15,670 nt of DNA from a virus (taxonomy: Duplodnaviria; Heunggongvirae; Uroviricota; Caudoviricetes), in the IMG/VR virus record IMGVR_UViG_2693429623_000009, one strand, 5' to 3'. The notes below the pieces were generated by a model. That model was not told the origin of the DNA. It saw nothing but the letters and a program-made list of their open reading frames with translations, and searched no databases. Within the stretch, counting starts at the first letter, position 1; each line of letters starts with the position of its first letter. Below, piece after piece: positions 9,801 through 15,670 of this stretch. A program made the translations under genes and the position numbers.

Positions 9801-9967
9801 GAGTTACGAAGATTAAGTGTAAGGAATTATTCTTATATCACGACAAAAAAATTAACGCAGAGAAATTATACGCGCCACAGTCAGTTTGTGAAAATGTGAA
9901 GATATTCAGAATTTTTATGCCATTACCGGTTTTAACCAACAGGATTATCGGTGGGCATGAAAGAAAA

Positions 9968-10000
9968 CCCCGGTATCTGCTGATACCGGGGTTTCTCTTT
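9968..10000. terminator. Perfect 10-bp GC-rich hairpin with a 4-nt loop, flanked by an A-rich 5' side and T-rich 3' side (bidirectional terminator shape)
   Basis: CCCCGGTATC at 9968-9977 pairs with GATACCGGGG at 9982-9991, loop TGCT, followed by TTTCTCTTT and preceded by AAGAAAA. Confidence 0.45.
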
Positions 10001-10097
10001 AGCATGGCAGAAATGTGTTTCATGCTTTTCGGGCGAAGGATATCCGACTTCTGTACGGAATGGCAAGTGGCGGTTAATTTATTCAGGGGAAGGCTGT

Positions 10098-15427
<5,330 letters not shown>

Positions 15428-15449
15428 AATATTTATAACCCCAATAAAT

Positions 15450-15476
15450 GGCGTCAGGAATGACGCCTTTTTTATT
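15450..15476 (+). terminator. Rho-independent terminator downstream of J
   Basis: GGCGTCA at 15450-15456 pairs with TGACGCC at 15461-15467, loop GGAA, followed by TTTTTTATT. Confidence 0.7.
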
Positions 15477-15497
15477 GCAGAAAAGCGAGAGGTAATT

Positions 15498-15670
15498 ATG
15501 CGTAAAGTTTGTGCAGCCATTTTGTCCGCAGCCATCTGTCTGGCCGTATCCGGTGCGCCTGCATGGGCGTCTGAACATCAGTCCACGCTGAGCGCGGGGT
15601 ATCTTCATGCCCGGACCAACGTTCCCGGCAGTGATGATCTGAACGGGATTAACGTGAAATACCGTTATGA
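15498..15670 (+). CDS. lom: Ail/Lom-family outer membrane protein (lambda lom homologue), 5' end only
   Basis: GAGAGG RBS then ATG at 15498. The N-terminus has a signal peptide (MRKVCAAILSAAICLAVSGAPAWA) followed by ...LSAGYLHARTNVPGSDDLNGINVKYRYE, which resembles lambda Lom and the Ail/PagC/OmpX family. Position immediately downstream of J is the same as in lambda. The ORF runs off the window end. Confidence 0.8.
   Translation, partial: MRKVCAAILSAAICLAVSGAPAWASEHQSTLSAGYLHARTNVPGSDDLNGINVKYRY

Overview
This window is the tail-morphogenesis (late) module of a lambda-like siphovirus prophage, probably from an enterobacterial genome. All genes are on the + strand in the canonical lambda order: FII (3' end), Z, U, V, G and G-T (with the conserved -1 frameshift site), H (tape measure), M, L, K, I, a 343-bp AT-rich insert, J (central tail fibre) and lom (5' end). 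Gene calls rest on synteny, operon-style start/stop overlaps and my recollection of lambda protein sequences; no database search was run. I found no tRNA, rRNA, CRISPR array, integrase or recognisable defence gene, and no convincing novel system. As assembled, H (about 1560 codons against about 850 in lambda) and J are inflated by overlapping, partly duplicated segments that meet at single N bases or N runs. I read this as a scaffold or chimeric assembly of two or more co-resident lambdoid prophage alleles rather than biology, though real tandem duplication cannot be excluded from sequence alone. The best candidate for something undescribed is the I-J insert, which carries terminator-like hairpins and a possible small leftward transcript. 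J as assembled also has an in-frame TGA at codon 68 and a 22-nt deletion frameshift, and its C-terminal receptor-binding region differs from lambda.
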